Positions 1 through 11,612 of a stretch of DNA of 64,000 nt are shown piece by piece (within the stretch, counting starts at the first letter, position 1; every line of letters begins with the position of its first letter). Both the position numbers and the translations under genes were made by a program. The notes beneath the pieces are model-generated. The model searched no databases and was not told where the DNA came from. It saw only the letters and a program-made list of their open reading frames with translations. Source of the stretch: Trichodelitschia bisporula (Eukaryota); contig ML996695.1 in NCBI GenBank assembly GCA_010356995.1, positions 257,061 through 321,060 of the forward strand, given 5' to 3'.

Positions 1-1507
1 AAAAGTTGCTTTCTCGGCTTCGTTAGAGTCGGAATTTTTGGGCCTTAAGCTAGTCTATCATGAAGAGTGGGTCTGGTGAGAGTGAATGTCTCAAGTCATA
101 CTATAGGCTAGAATTGCAGCGCGTCTTACGGATGTACAACTCACCGCAATTGAAGACAATTCTATCTCTCTGCTCGAAGACCGCGTAACCTACCTTGCAT
201 TGCAGCTGCATGCATTCAGTCCGGAGCAAGGAAGCGGGGAAAGGCTACACACGTGTCTGCGACTTGGACAGCCACGGTTGAGGGAACCGTGACGGAGCTC
301 CGCTCGATCACGAGGTGAAGCTATAACAGAGTACTTATGGATAGGCGCAGGTGCATCTTTTGTGGATCCTAAGATGCCAGGAATGGGAGTTCATTTGGAA
401 ATTCTGAGTTGCGTCAATTGAGTGTTTACAAGAATCGGGAGAATCCATCGCGTTTCCAGATGGGACAGCTCAAATGCTGCAACCAGAGCCCGTTTGCAAG
501 GGCAGCACTCCATGTAGGACTTCAACGGCGGTGAGCATCGGAAATCACATCAAAAAAGCTAATTAGATGAGTCCAATGTGGGAGTGTCCGTTGTCAAGAG
601 GTTCATAAGTCGCGAGCCACACCCACACTTCATTGCTATCACAGCGAGCGAGAGACTCATGCCTGAACTCGGTCCACAGGTACACCTAAATGTAGGGACT
701 GCGTTCAACAAGTTGTTGAATTCCTTACCTCGTCGCGACTTGATATCCTTTCTTAAGTCTACTACGGATGTATGTGTGGTCCCGTTTCCCCCCCGCGTGG
801 TGTTCGCGCCGTTTGCGAGGTGCATGATGTGGCTGGAGTGCAAGGCGTGCAAGGCTTCAAGAAGGTTCACAACTTCTACTCCCCGGCGGCTTTTATACCC
901 GAGTTTCCTCGAAGAGATGCGCCCTTGGGATAGGCGATACTATGGAGCTTGCGTTAGTAGAAGTATGTTGTAAAAAGTTCATAACAGGGTGGAGGCCTTC
1001 AGAAATAGCCTTTGAAGTTGTCTCAACTGCTGAGCGAGGTAACATTCACCCGGGCTGCGGCTAGAGCCCATTCTCTCCCAAGATGAGATGAGATCTCTGA
1101 CCAGGTGCTCCAGGAGTGAGGGGAGGGCGTATACCGGTACTGTTCCAGATCTGCTCGGCTTCCTGTCCAGCCTCCGATCGGCTTCAGATCAATCAAAAGG
1201 ACTGCGCCGATGTGGCTTCGGACCGAACCTCGAGTGACAGTTGTGGACGCGTTTGTCCGTGCGTCCCGCGCGCCTGCTCCAGCCTCCAAGATAATCATTG
1301 GCTGTTAGCTTCCACGGCTCCTTACCTGTGCACGCGCCCCCTCAAGCCTCCTCCACCGAGCCACTCATCCACCACCATCAACTTTTTGTAAGCAACATCC
1401 ACACCTCGACAGAAGCTCTAGGCTTTTGGCGTGTTCTTCTCTTGTTTGCCTTTTTCATATCTCCACATTCATCCTCCTCATCCATCTCTCTCGCAAACAC
1501 AGCAATC

Positions 1508-2712
1508 ATGATGGGCGTCTCGAATCCGAGTACGCCGCAGCGACTCACTCCGCAGCGCGCGCTCTGGGCTTCTCCGTTCAGCGATTACCACAGCGATATC
1601 GATAACCTGTCTCCGACGGCTGTGAACGCGGATACCAACCTCACGACTCTGCAACGCACTCTCCTCATCCGCCTCAATGAGATCGGGAAGCAGATTCTGC
1701 GTCGGGACCCGAGCGACCTGAAGACCCAGGCCTCCCTTTCCGCCGAGCTCGAAGCCCTCGAGCACACCCTCGGAGCGCCGGATTCGCAGTCTCGCCAGCC
1801 CGCTGATATCGATGACTCGGGTCTCTTCATCGACGACGACGTGGAGGACGAAAAGCTGCGCCTGCGTGGCTCGGGCGACTTCAGCGACATCTGGTCCCTG
1901 AAGTCGAGCGACGGCCCGGAACTCGTCTCGCGCATCTCGAGCATCGCACAGGGTCTGCGGCAGCGCTACGAAGAAATCAAGGTTAGCGCTGTGTGTACCC
2001 TTTTTGCGCAGGCTTTTGAGCCCCTGCTAACCCTATCTAGCATATTAACGACGTGGCCGTTAGCCGTCTTCGGGCCGCGACCAAGGAGCTCGGCAAGCTG
2101 CGGGCCGAGAACGAGAGCCTCCGCGAGCACGTCTCCAACGAGCAGTCACAGATGCTCTACATGAAGCTGCAGCTCAAGGCCATTGAGCTGCAGGCTGCTC
2201 CGCATCTTCAGTCGACCGAGGGCAGCCCGCTGCGCCAGGACATTGAGCGCTGGAAGAACGACTGGGGAAGCATGAACGAGCGTCTGCGCGCCGGCTTCGA
2301 GCGTTCCGTCGCCGGTCAGAGCACAGAGAGCAAGTCGGAGGACAGTGAGCAGTCTTCGGCCGACGAACAGACTGCGGAGTCCGCCTCAAAGCCTAGGCCC
2401 GTTCGCCTTTCCGATACCCCGCTGCGGGGTCGTAAGGAGTCCTGGGCCAAGGAGCCGTCTCTCCCAGAGATCAAGGAGGAAGACACTCCTGTCGATGTTG
2501 CTCCTAGTGTCGAAGGTCCTGCTCCAGAAGCTCCTGCTCCCAAAGCTCCTACTCCTGCCGAGATCGCTGCCGAGATCGCTACCGACGAAACTGAAGAGGC
2601 CAACGATTCTGGCTCCGAAGTCTCGGAGAAGACTCCGTGGCAGTACTTCCTGGAAGAGCTCTACGAATTTGCGGGTGTGAACAACTACCCGTACGACTCC
2701 GACGATGAATGA
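1508..2712 (+). CDS. Hypothetical coiled-coil protein, 2 exons (1508-1981, 2041-2712)
   Basis: ORFs 1298..2164 and 2053..2712 join in frame across a GTTAGC...CTAAC...TAG intron (1982-2040). Heptad-like segment KLRAENESLREHVSNEQSQMLYMKLQLKAIELQ and an acidic C-terminus. Confidence 0.75.
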
Positions 2713-3456
2713 TTATGTCTCTACGCCTTGAACGCCACGACCCAACTGCACGACCCAACTGCACGACCCCCATCACGACATCCTCATGTTCATGCATCTC
2801 ATGGCTCACGATATTTTCTTACTACTGGCGTTTCCGGAGGGCGAGCGGCCATTTGCGAATGTTATCCTGCTTTGCTTTCCCGTTTCGACTGATGTTCTTA
2901 CGGCGAGATACCCCCGATCACTAGCGAAGGAAGATTGCCCTGTTTGTTGCATTGGGTCCCCGACCGGAGTACACTGGGGACGATGATATGGCTCATGCCT
3001 GTCAATAACTCAGTGAGCTGCTTGCTTGGGTGCCTGTTTACGGAGTTTGTTCACGGCTATCAGTTTTGCATGTGAGCAGGGTGTGCGCACGGAGGACTGC
3101 TGCTGTTGGCCGTAGGTAGATGTACAAATCAAGGCCAATGTTCTTCCAATTGAGGCGTTCAGTGCAAGTGGCTCGTATGATGTGCATATGTCCTCCGAAC
3201 GTGCAGCCTCGGTGCAGAGCTCACCCTGGCATGGTTCGCAGCACCGGGGAGCTCCGCCCCCACATTGCCCCTCACTGCGGGGGTGTCAGAAGCCCTGATA
3301 GCAGCCTGCTCTCCCAGATCTCCTTTGTAAGCACCCCTTCCCCCGCCTTTTCAACCTCAATTACCTCCATTGACCCCGCCTACCAGCTCTCTTCCCTCTT
3401 ACATACTTTTGACGCCCTCGCTGTCGCCCTCGCTACCACCCTCGCTATCGCTCGCA

Positions 3457-4338
3457 ATGTCTCACACACACGACCACGCCCACGCCCACGATGCCTCCGA
3501 CCACGGCCACACGCACGAAATCCTCACAGGGCCAGGCTCGTACCTCGGGCGCGAAATGCCGCTCATCACGGGGCGGAACTGGGACGAGCGGGCGTTTACC
3601 GTAGGCATTGGCGGGTACACCATCTCCCCCCCCCCTCACCACCTCTCCCCCAAAAAGCCCTCCCTTCACAAAGCCTGCTAACCCCCCTGCCCAGCCCCGT
3701 CGGCTCCGGCAAAACCGCCCTCATGCTCGCGCTGTGTCAGAATTTGAGAGATCGGTACTCCATCGCCGCCGTAACAAACGACATCTTCACGCGCGAAGAC
3801 TGCGACTTCCTGCAACGGCACTCCGCCCTGTCCCCCCCCAGCCGCATCCGCGCCATTGAAACCGGTGGTTGCCCTCATGCCGCTGTGCGCGAAGATATAA
3901 GCACCAACCTCGCGGCCCTCGAGGACCTACACCGCGAATTCGCCCCGGACATCCTGCTCATCGAGTCCGGCGGGGACAATTTGGCCGCGAATTATAGTCG
4001 CGAGTTGGCGGATTATATCGTGTATGTCATTGATGTGAGCGGCGGGGATAAGATACCCCGCAAGGGAGGCCCGGGGATCACGCAGAGCGATTTGTTGGTG
4101 GTGAATAAGACGGATTTGGCGCAGGCGGTGGGGGCGGATTTGGGGGTTATGGAGAGTGATGCTAGGAAGATGAGGTACGTGAGTCCCGGGCTTTGTGGAT
4201 CCTGGTGTTGATGATGGTAGGGAGGGCGGGCCGACGATCTTCGCGCAGGTTAAGCATGGGGTTAATGTGGAGCATATCGTGGGCTTGATCTTGAGCGCAT
4301 GGAAAGCATCTGGCGCAACGCAGGCGAAAGGGAAGTAA
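3457..4338 (+). CDS. ureG: Urease accessory protein UreG (Ni-binding GTPase), 3 exons (3457-3614, 3695-4174, 4221-4338)
   Basis: His-rich N-terminus ([12 protein letters not shown]), spliced P-loop GGPVGSGKT, and [25 protein letters not shown] and NKTD motifs. Canonical introns at 3615-3694 and 4175-4220. Confidence 0.97.
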
Positions 4339-4730
4339 ATGTTCCATGGGGGAGATTTCACCGGTCAAAAATGAATGGTCAGGATGAGTAATCGGCATCG
4401 TGGCGAGAATGCGAAGATCGGCGTCCGGAGCTGAGCATTAGCGCATGGATGAGGCATTTATTATGTCTTTGATGTAGATAGTCGAGCGGGGCCGCAAAGC
4501 GCAGCATGCCCTTATGTGATGATACATGGCCTCTTGCGAGGTTCCTTTCCTATCAATGCAGCCGGATAACCCTCCCTGGTTCGGATGACCCGTTGTCAAA
4601 CCCCCGTGGAACCCATGATGTGGTCATAGAGACTTCGTCCTCTACCGCCCAAACGCCGTGCTAATGTGGTATCGATATCCCAAATCCAGAAACGCCAAAA
4701 TCCAACCTAGAGATGCGAGGCACCCCGACC

Positions 4731-5751
4731 TCATCTCAATGCCCGTTCTAACCAACGTTCCCACCATGAGCGCACTCCAAGAACAGATGCCTTCCCGTCA
4801 TTGTACCCCTTGGGAGTGTCGGATCCAGTAGGGTCTCCAATTATGCCTGCATAGAACCAGAAGACCGCGGCTACCCATGCAGCGAGAGCCACACCGATGG
4901 CGACGAATGGCGAAAAAAGAAGTACCACGACCAAAACCGGAGCGCTGTATGCGTCGGTTTCCAGCGAGGAGTAGATGAATATGAGCTGGCTGCGGTGTGC
5001 GGAGGAGAGGAACTTGATGACTTGTTGGCCGAAGGAGGGGCCCTTCTTGCAAAGCCGGACCGGCTGGAGGAAGCAGATGGCGACCAGGCAAAGGACAGTC
5101 CAGATGGTGATTAAAAACGAGACAATTGGGGCAAAGAACGAGAGATAAATCTGCCACACAGTGAGTCCACACATCAATTACCAGCTTTGAACTGTGACGT
5201 ACCAATATCTTGAGCGCCTTGTGCTCCAAAATCACCTCTTCACGTTCCATGCGACTCACAGCGTGCGAAGCGCTGTATCCGTATGACCGCGTAACGCAAC
5301 TTCCTCCAGCGCCACGGCTAGGTTGATACAGCGTCTGCTTTTCAGGATCGGGCACCGCGCCCACACCACTTCGATTGGGGGCTGAGCTCCGGTTTGAGCG
5401 GATATCCGGGTACGGACTGTGCGCTGTTTCTGGTGCCAAGATGGATGTTGCGATATATGACGCCCGCGATGGACTTGACGGGTTCGAAGCGTCCAAGAGA
5501 GCCTTTCCCAGGAGGTCAGATGAATTCGGGTGCGCGGCGGGGAAAACAGGCGAGTCAGTAGTGTCGGGAGAGGCGGATACGGAGGGGCTTGGATGCGAGT
5601 GGAGATGGTTCGGTTGGATTGTTAGGTTCGATATTGGGCTGCCATGCCATCGCTTTTGTCCCGTGGTGGGATTGTAACTCATGGACGGGTGTTGCGGGAG
5701 CCGAGGATTGCTCATGACGGGGTTCTGGTGACTTTGGCTCGTCCTTCGCAT
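4731..5751 (-). CDS. Hypothetical membrane protein with S/P-rich N-terminus and 2-3 C-terminal TM segments, 2 exons (5751-5203, 5150-4731)
   Basis: ORFs 4798..5751 and 4731..5177 join in frame across a GTACGT...CAG intron (5151-5202), giving EHKALKIL|IYLSFFAP. Hydrophobic helices follow. Start codon uncertain. Confidence 0.75.
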
Positions 5752-8300
5752 GTCAGGGAGGGAAATAGGGAGAAGGTGTCGACGCCGAGAGCTGGTATCT
5801 CAGAGGCTCGCAAGCCTTGCGCGGGGTGTAGTGGGGTTCGGCGCGGTGGTTGGGATGGAAATGGAGTTGGGATGCGATGGAGAAGACGGAAGTATGAGGA
5901 GGCATGTTATACATGAAAGCGCCTTTGAGTCCCAAACGGCTTGGAGGGCTCATGGTCGAGAGCTTGCCGCGGAGAGGCCAAGATGCTCAGCGCCCTTGGC
6001 GTGGCCAATGGTGGAGTGGACAAGCGGGCGAGATTGTGGGAAAGGACAACGCATCTTGGCGTGCCTGCAGCCTTGGGACAAGAAGTGGGTGGATATTGGC
6101 GCCTTGGTGCCTCATTTTGACGCCGCTTTCCATCACTCCTTCCCCAGAAACGGCGGAAGGGGCGGGTTGTTCACCACCAAGAAGAAGAAGAAGTCGCGAT
6201 TGACCCATGTGCTCTTTCTCCCTCTCTCCTCCTGCTAAATTCCCCATGAAAGGAAGTGACGGGAAGAGAAAAGAGCCCTCACTTCCCCATGTTGTCTTTC
6301 GATTGTCGTCATTAGCCCCACACATCGTCTCTTGTTACCTCCGTACTTCTTTTCTCTTCGGCGCTGTCCGTCCATCTCTTCTCAACATCTCCTCTCATTT
6401 CACTATCATCTCTTGATCAATTCTTCGTCTTTTCTCTTCCGTTCCGCCCCACCCCCCTCCAGGCCTTCTGAACCACACATGCCCTCAGCCAAGTCCGCCC
6501 AGCTTGGCACCCCGTTCTCCATCAGCCAAGGCTTGGTGGTTTCATCGCTTGACCCGATAGCTGCCACTTGCGCCTTGCGTCCGGCGCCGCCTTCATCTGG
6601 TGTCTGGGCGTTGGATCTACTCGTATTGTCCGAAGGGTTATTGGTTCGGTTCCGTGGATCCCGCTTCGATTCATCGACCACAGCCTCATGCTCTTTGCTC
6701 TATTCCATCGACATGCTCTCCTCTTTACCGTGCGTTGGCCAAGCGTAGACGTTGGATCATGAGATGGAAGAAATGGAAGGAAATGGCCGCCGCAGCAAAC
6801 AGAATTTCAACAGGCAGATGCCGCCTTGGCCGCCATCGGACGTTTGCCTTGAAATTCCCCGACCGTCTCCAATCGCGCAGCCTTGGACGAACTTGGGCCT
6901 CCCTGTGATTGGTTCTTGGTCTTTCGTCAGAGTCTTAGGATCTTCACCGGGCCTCGCTGTTCCTCGCAACCGTCGTGCCCATTTTGCGCTTTGGAGTGTG
7001 ATGACAGCCCAGGCGACGGAAGTCCCTCAAAAGTATGAGATGGATTGCAACGCCTGCATCTTGTGCAACGTCACACGCTTGGCATGCCCCTCCCATCACG
7101 TTCGCCGCCCGTGGATCTCAAAGGACCGCCACACCCAAATTCTGGATGTGTTTGTGCGTGAGGGTTGTAATGTCCTTGGTTATACGGATGTACGAGGGTA
7201 CCCATTTATTTCTTTGAAGCTCAAATGCTTCGGAAGTCCTTTGCACATACCCACGGTTGCACAAATCCGCGAGATACCTCGCATCCGCTTTTCGGCCAAG
7301 AGAGCGAAGCGAATGAGGCCGACTGGAGACTTTCTCGAACCTCCCCAAGGCAGTGGACTCTTGGTTCCCGCGCAGATGGTGAAATCGGGCAACGCCGTCC
7401 GGCTCGGCAAGTGGGACGTCGCCTACTAAGTACCGCACATTACCACACCAAAGCAGATTTCTGCTATCGGTGACGCGGCCTTCCGATGCCGTTTGCAGTC
7501 TGATACAGTCTAGACAGATTTGTACTCTTGAGCATCCATGCCGAGCCCTTAAGCTGGCGGACCGGTCCCATCCTAAATCGCATTTACCTTTTTCTAGCGC
7601 AGAGGCGGCTATCCGCAAGGCCGCCGGGAGGCAGAGACGGCAACGCGGGCACTGCGGGGTCTGCTGGCAAGTCTAGCCCAAGGCTCGCGGTTACGTAAAC
7701 CCGGGCTTGCGGTTCGCATTTTCATTTTGCAACTTTATATCCGCGAAAATGCGAGAGCTGGGCAGCGTCCGGCACTCCGGTTGGCCAGTTTTACCACATT
7801 ACCTGCCAAGAGGCAGAGAAAATCGAGAAGGCGTGGGCGCGGCGCAAGATCTTTTGGCCCTTGGGTTCTCCATCCACTGGTCCTTGGACTCTCGGCCCAA
7901 TTACGCGGTCGGATAGTGTCACTTCCCGAAGTGCTTGCCCCTGCCGCGCCCAGCCGTGACACAGCAGGACGTCGACAAACACTAGCCTTGCGTGGAACCT
8001 TGTGTGGAATATTCCGTGTTTGGTACTACGCTAATCGCTCACCAAGCCGCCGCACTGCCAGCATGGAGGACGTCACACTATGGAAATGTGAGCATCTCGC
8101 CTAGAGCGGGATATGTGTGAATATGTGTGACTGGTCGGAGCTTCTCTACCGGCTTGGGAGGAAGTAGAGTTGTCACAAACATGACATGGCACGGTGTGAA
8201 AAGGTAGTTCTAGTAGGATAATTAATGAAACTTTTCTTTCTAAAATAAACCTCTCCGGTGATTCTTCTCTTTGATAACCCTTACTCATTCTTGTCGGACC

Positions 8301-8503
8301 AAGACCCATCTACCAAGATCCCTTTTCCCTTGGACAGGGTCCTATAGCTCAAATCCGATAAAGAATGCCTAGATGCCACGGTGCAAGTTGATATAATGCG
8401 CTAAAAATTATATCGACTAGTACCGTAGCATTCAAGCATTTTTTATCGGATTCGAGCTGTGGGACCTTGTCTAAGGGTAAGGAGATATTGGTAGATGGGC
8501 CTT
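8301..8503. repeat. Long imperfect inverted repeat (foldback), 97-bp arms with 9-nt loop
   Basis: 8301-8397 aligns without gaps to the reverse complement of 8407-8503, with about 18 mismatches by manual count, mostly transitions. Confidence 0.9.
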
Positions 8504-8539
8504 AGGCCAGTTTGACAACCTAATCTCAGGGCACAATGC

Positions 8540-9190
8540 AATGGGCAATGACGCAACACAACTGCATGTATGACTCGAAATACTACTATGAAGAGGATAT
8601 GTAAAGTGTGGGGAAAACTCGAACGCAGGAGTGGGGGTGCTGCGAACTCTGGCCTTGGCGCCAACATGACGACGCTAGCCTTAGGTCTCAACAGGCACCG
8701 AGCGATTGCGCCGTGGTGTGGCTCCGCAACACCACAGCTAGGCAAGGCGTGGTGAAGCCATGAGACCTAACTATAAAATCGAGCTAACAATTTTTTTATA
8801 GGGGTTATCGCATCGAGCTAGGTTAGGTATGGAGGCGATCTTGGTATCCTGCGGTTAGGTTAGGTCGGTTAAAATTAGGCGCGCGCTAATTTATATATTA
8901 CTAATTTCCGATCTCCGATTATACGATTGGTCACGGGCAACGTCTGGGACATCAAACAGCGCAATGTGTGTGGATGACTGAAATAGTGCAATGATCAGGA
9001 ACTATGAAAGGTGTGAGTGGGGAAACGCAGGAGTGGGAGTGCGGTGGATCCTGGGCTAAGCGAGCATGTGACCACACACGCAAGCCTCAGGCCCACACGC
9101 TGCACCAAGCGACTGCGCCGTGGTGTGGCTGTGCTCAAGTCATGACAGATTTATAGAATCGATCGAATAAATGAACGAACGAATGAACGT
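8540..9190 (+). repeat. Two diverged direct copies of a ~250-bp non-coding element (approx. 8540-8790 and 8940-9190)
   Basis: Shared collinear blocks AACGCAGGAGTGGG(G/A)GTGC (8622-8640 vs 9024-9042) and GCACC(G/A)AGCGA(T/C)TGCGCCGTGGTGTGGCT (8695-8723 vs 9102-9130), plus ATGACT(C)GAAATA and TATA(A/G)AATCGA. Confidence 0.75.
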
Positions 9191-9511
9191 GTCAGGGGCG
9201 CACAAATCACTGGTCGCACAGCATTGGTTGTGGAATAACATTCATTGAAAGCTTGAAGAACTATGTAAGTGTTTCGCGTGTGAATGTGGAGTGTGGGGGA
9301 GCTGGGCCATCCATATGGGCCCAGCGGATGAAAGTTTGCGCGAGCCCCAGACTCATAACCTACTACGTACGTAGTAGTCGCATTGGGCCCAGAGGCGCCG
9401 AGAGTTTACAGACTTGGCCGGTTTCTTTGAGTGCGGATGGCGGCTGCAAATAGACACCCGTGTCCCGGGGCTTCAGGCCGGGGAGGGGGCATTCCCGGTA
9501 GTACTTTCCGA

Positions 9512-9722
9512 CAAAGCTTCCAAAGTGCCCGGCGCGAACGGGCGGACCGATGGGCGTAAACGGGCGAAGAAGGCAGATATCAAAATTATTTGATAAAACT
9601 TATTCTATCTACTCCTACGACTAGATTTCTATTATGAAAAGAATATAACTTTTATATCTGCCTTCTTCGCCCGTTTACGCCCATCGGTCCGCCCGTTCGC
9701 GCCGGGCACTTTGGAAGCCCTG
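9512..9722. mobile_element. hAT-type MITE, 211 bp
   Basis: Perfect 65-bp inverted repeats at 9516-9580 and 9654-9718 (69 bp with 2 mismatches to the termini CAAAG.../...CCCTG) around a 73-bp AT-rich core. Exact 8-bp direct repeat CTTTCCGA at 9504-9511 and 9723-9730. Confidence 0.9.
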
Positions 9723-10150
9723 CTTTCCGATGCCCATTTCCCAGGTGCTGGGCATGCGAGGGTGGATTCTGAGGGGTATTACCGGTTCATGGCTTCACGG
9801 CAGGTCTCGGGTGCTTAGTCTTAATAATGAATTAGCGGTCCAGTTGGCTATGAGGTCTCGAGCCGAGTGCAACTTGCTCCCCAAACGGACCGCGACCACT
9901 CCTCATCCCATGTATCCCTTAGGTGTACATGCCCTGTTCCCTTTACACGCCGATGCCTTGTAACCCTTGACTCCTTCCCGAACCCCGCCCGCCGGAAAAT
10001 GATATCCCCAAAAACGCCATAGACCACAGACAGCGATAAGAATACGCCCGAAAGACTATTCACGCCATCAGCCAAAACAGCACACCCCCAGCGTGCTCGC
10101 AATCGTAACGGTGGTTCCCAATATCGATGCGCAGCACATGATACAAGTCG

Positions 10151-10759
10151 TTATCTGTGCTGTAATGAACTGCGTCTTCGGATGAAACGGCTCGTTGCGG
10201 CGGCGGCGGCGGTGCTTCGGTCCCGCAGAAGGCCCTCCCTGTAGTCCCTAAACATCAGCCGCGAGTCCCAGTCCCGGAGCGAAAGAAAGCCAACTACTTT
10301 CGGCTTTCCGTCCTCCGGCGTCTTCTTCTGCTCCTTCGCTTTGACCTGCGGCACAGGCGGCGTCAACGACGCCCCCCTCCAAGGCTGACTTTCTGCACGC
10401 CCGACCTTGTCCTCCACCACCCGCCGCCTTAGCTTAGCCCGCGCCCCCAAGTCCCGCCGTACTTCTTCGATTAAGAGCCGCGTGTCCGCATCCGTGTGCA
10501 GCAGCTTGCGGTTCAGGTAGTTCTTGCGCTGGATCCAGGCCCCGACCACCCAGATCATGTCCGCCATGACGGACCCATGGACACGCCCGTATTCCTCGGC
10601 CATCCAGATTAGCGCAGTGATGGAGGTTATTAGGAGGTCTTTATCGCTGAGTATGCTGTAGAGGATGCGTTGCCGGATTTCGCGGGGCAGGGCGAGGAGG
10701 GCGGGGCGAGGCTGCGGGATGGGACGCGGTTGCGTGGCGGGTCGGGGGTGGGTGACCAT
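10151..10759 (-). CDS. Hypothetical protein with N-terminal F-box-like motif
   Basis: 202-aa ATG-initiated ORF. LLALPREIRQRILYSIL resembles the LxxLPxEIxxxI F-box-like start common in fungal hypothetical proteins. Confidence 0.6.
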   Translation of the reverse strand: MVTHPRPATQPRPIPQPRPALLALPREIRQRILYSILSDKDLLITSITALIWMAEEYGRVHGSVMADMIWVVGAWIQRKNYLNRKLLHTDADTRLLIEEVRRDLGARAKLRRRVVEDKVGRAESQPWRGASLTPPVPQVKAKEQKKTPEDGKPKVVGFLSLRDWDSRLMFRDYREGLLRDRSTAAAAATSRFIRRRSSLQHR

Positions 10760-11612
10760 GGTGATGCAGGTTAATCATGCGGGTGAGTTGGCGGCGGAGG
10801 GGGTTTGGCGATGCCGTTGTGCGGTGCGGCGGGGTTGGGTAAGGCGGCGGAGCGGTGGTGGGGGAAGAGACGTCGTCGGAGTTAACGGACTGGATGTCTG
10901 GAGGGCAGACGCGGAAGGCGCGACCTCCGTACGCCTGCCTATGATGTGCGTGGACCTCAGAAGGTCCCGGCTCTCTTCCGACTTTGCAGTCTTCGCTTGG
11001 ATCGCGTTGTGCTGTCAGTCAGCCGGTCGTGGGAGGCCGATGGTCCAAGGCCGGCTCGGCCGATCTGCGTCTGGAAGGAGGCTGAAGGGTGGCGGACGCT
11101 GATGTCATTCCAGATATACTCGTATGTGGAAATGAGAATTACCGAATGGCAGAGCGTGGGAACTTGAGGAGGATGGAAATCACGAAACTTTATGGACACC
11201 ACTTGATGATAGACGTTGTCTCGTGTTCCGGCGTACAAAGAATGGAATGAGGTGTCGTGGAGGTGCAGCGGGGCACCCTGCACGATGATTGGCCCATTGA
11301 CAGCCTCCGCTGACCCAAAGGCTGACTGAGGGGTAAAGGCTTGGTTCATTCTGAGAGCTGCCTCTCATCTGACATGCAGATGCAAAGAACTACGTAATGA
11401 GTCATGAAATAAGACTATTCTATACAACATCTACATGAACTTTAGCGAAAATAATTTCTCTCCGGAACCCATGCGTTCGAGAACTATCACTGAAAGATGC
11501 GGCCTTGTCTCTCGCAGCAATATGGTAGCGATCTCGGCTAGGACACTCGGGAATCTCCATGAGGATACGGAGCCGTATTAGAATTGATAAGGAGGCCAAA
11601 TATGCAAGGCGG

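Noticed and set aside
1..1000. Possible multi-exon minus-strand gene (ORFs 559..870 and 578..973; several GTAAGG/GTGAGT donors)
   Set aside because: Trial splicing gave early stops and no recognisable motif, so I cannot support a model.
3457..4338. ureG as part of a urease cluster or a horizontal transfer
   Set aside because: It is an intron-containing, His-tailed eukaryotic-type UreG. Unlinked urease genes are normal in fungi.
5750..8100. ORFs such as 6752..7429 (225 aa) and 5750..6238
   Set aside because: No motifs, atypical composition and non-ATG or weak starts. Probably promoter or intergenic sequence.
8540..9480. Hammerhead ribozyme, group I intron, 5S rRNA, tRNA or telomerase RNA identity for the structured repeats
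   Set aside because: No CUGAUGA/GAAA core, no complete P7 pairing, no 5S or tRNA boxes and no TAACCCTAA template found by eye.
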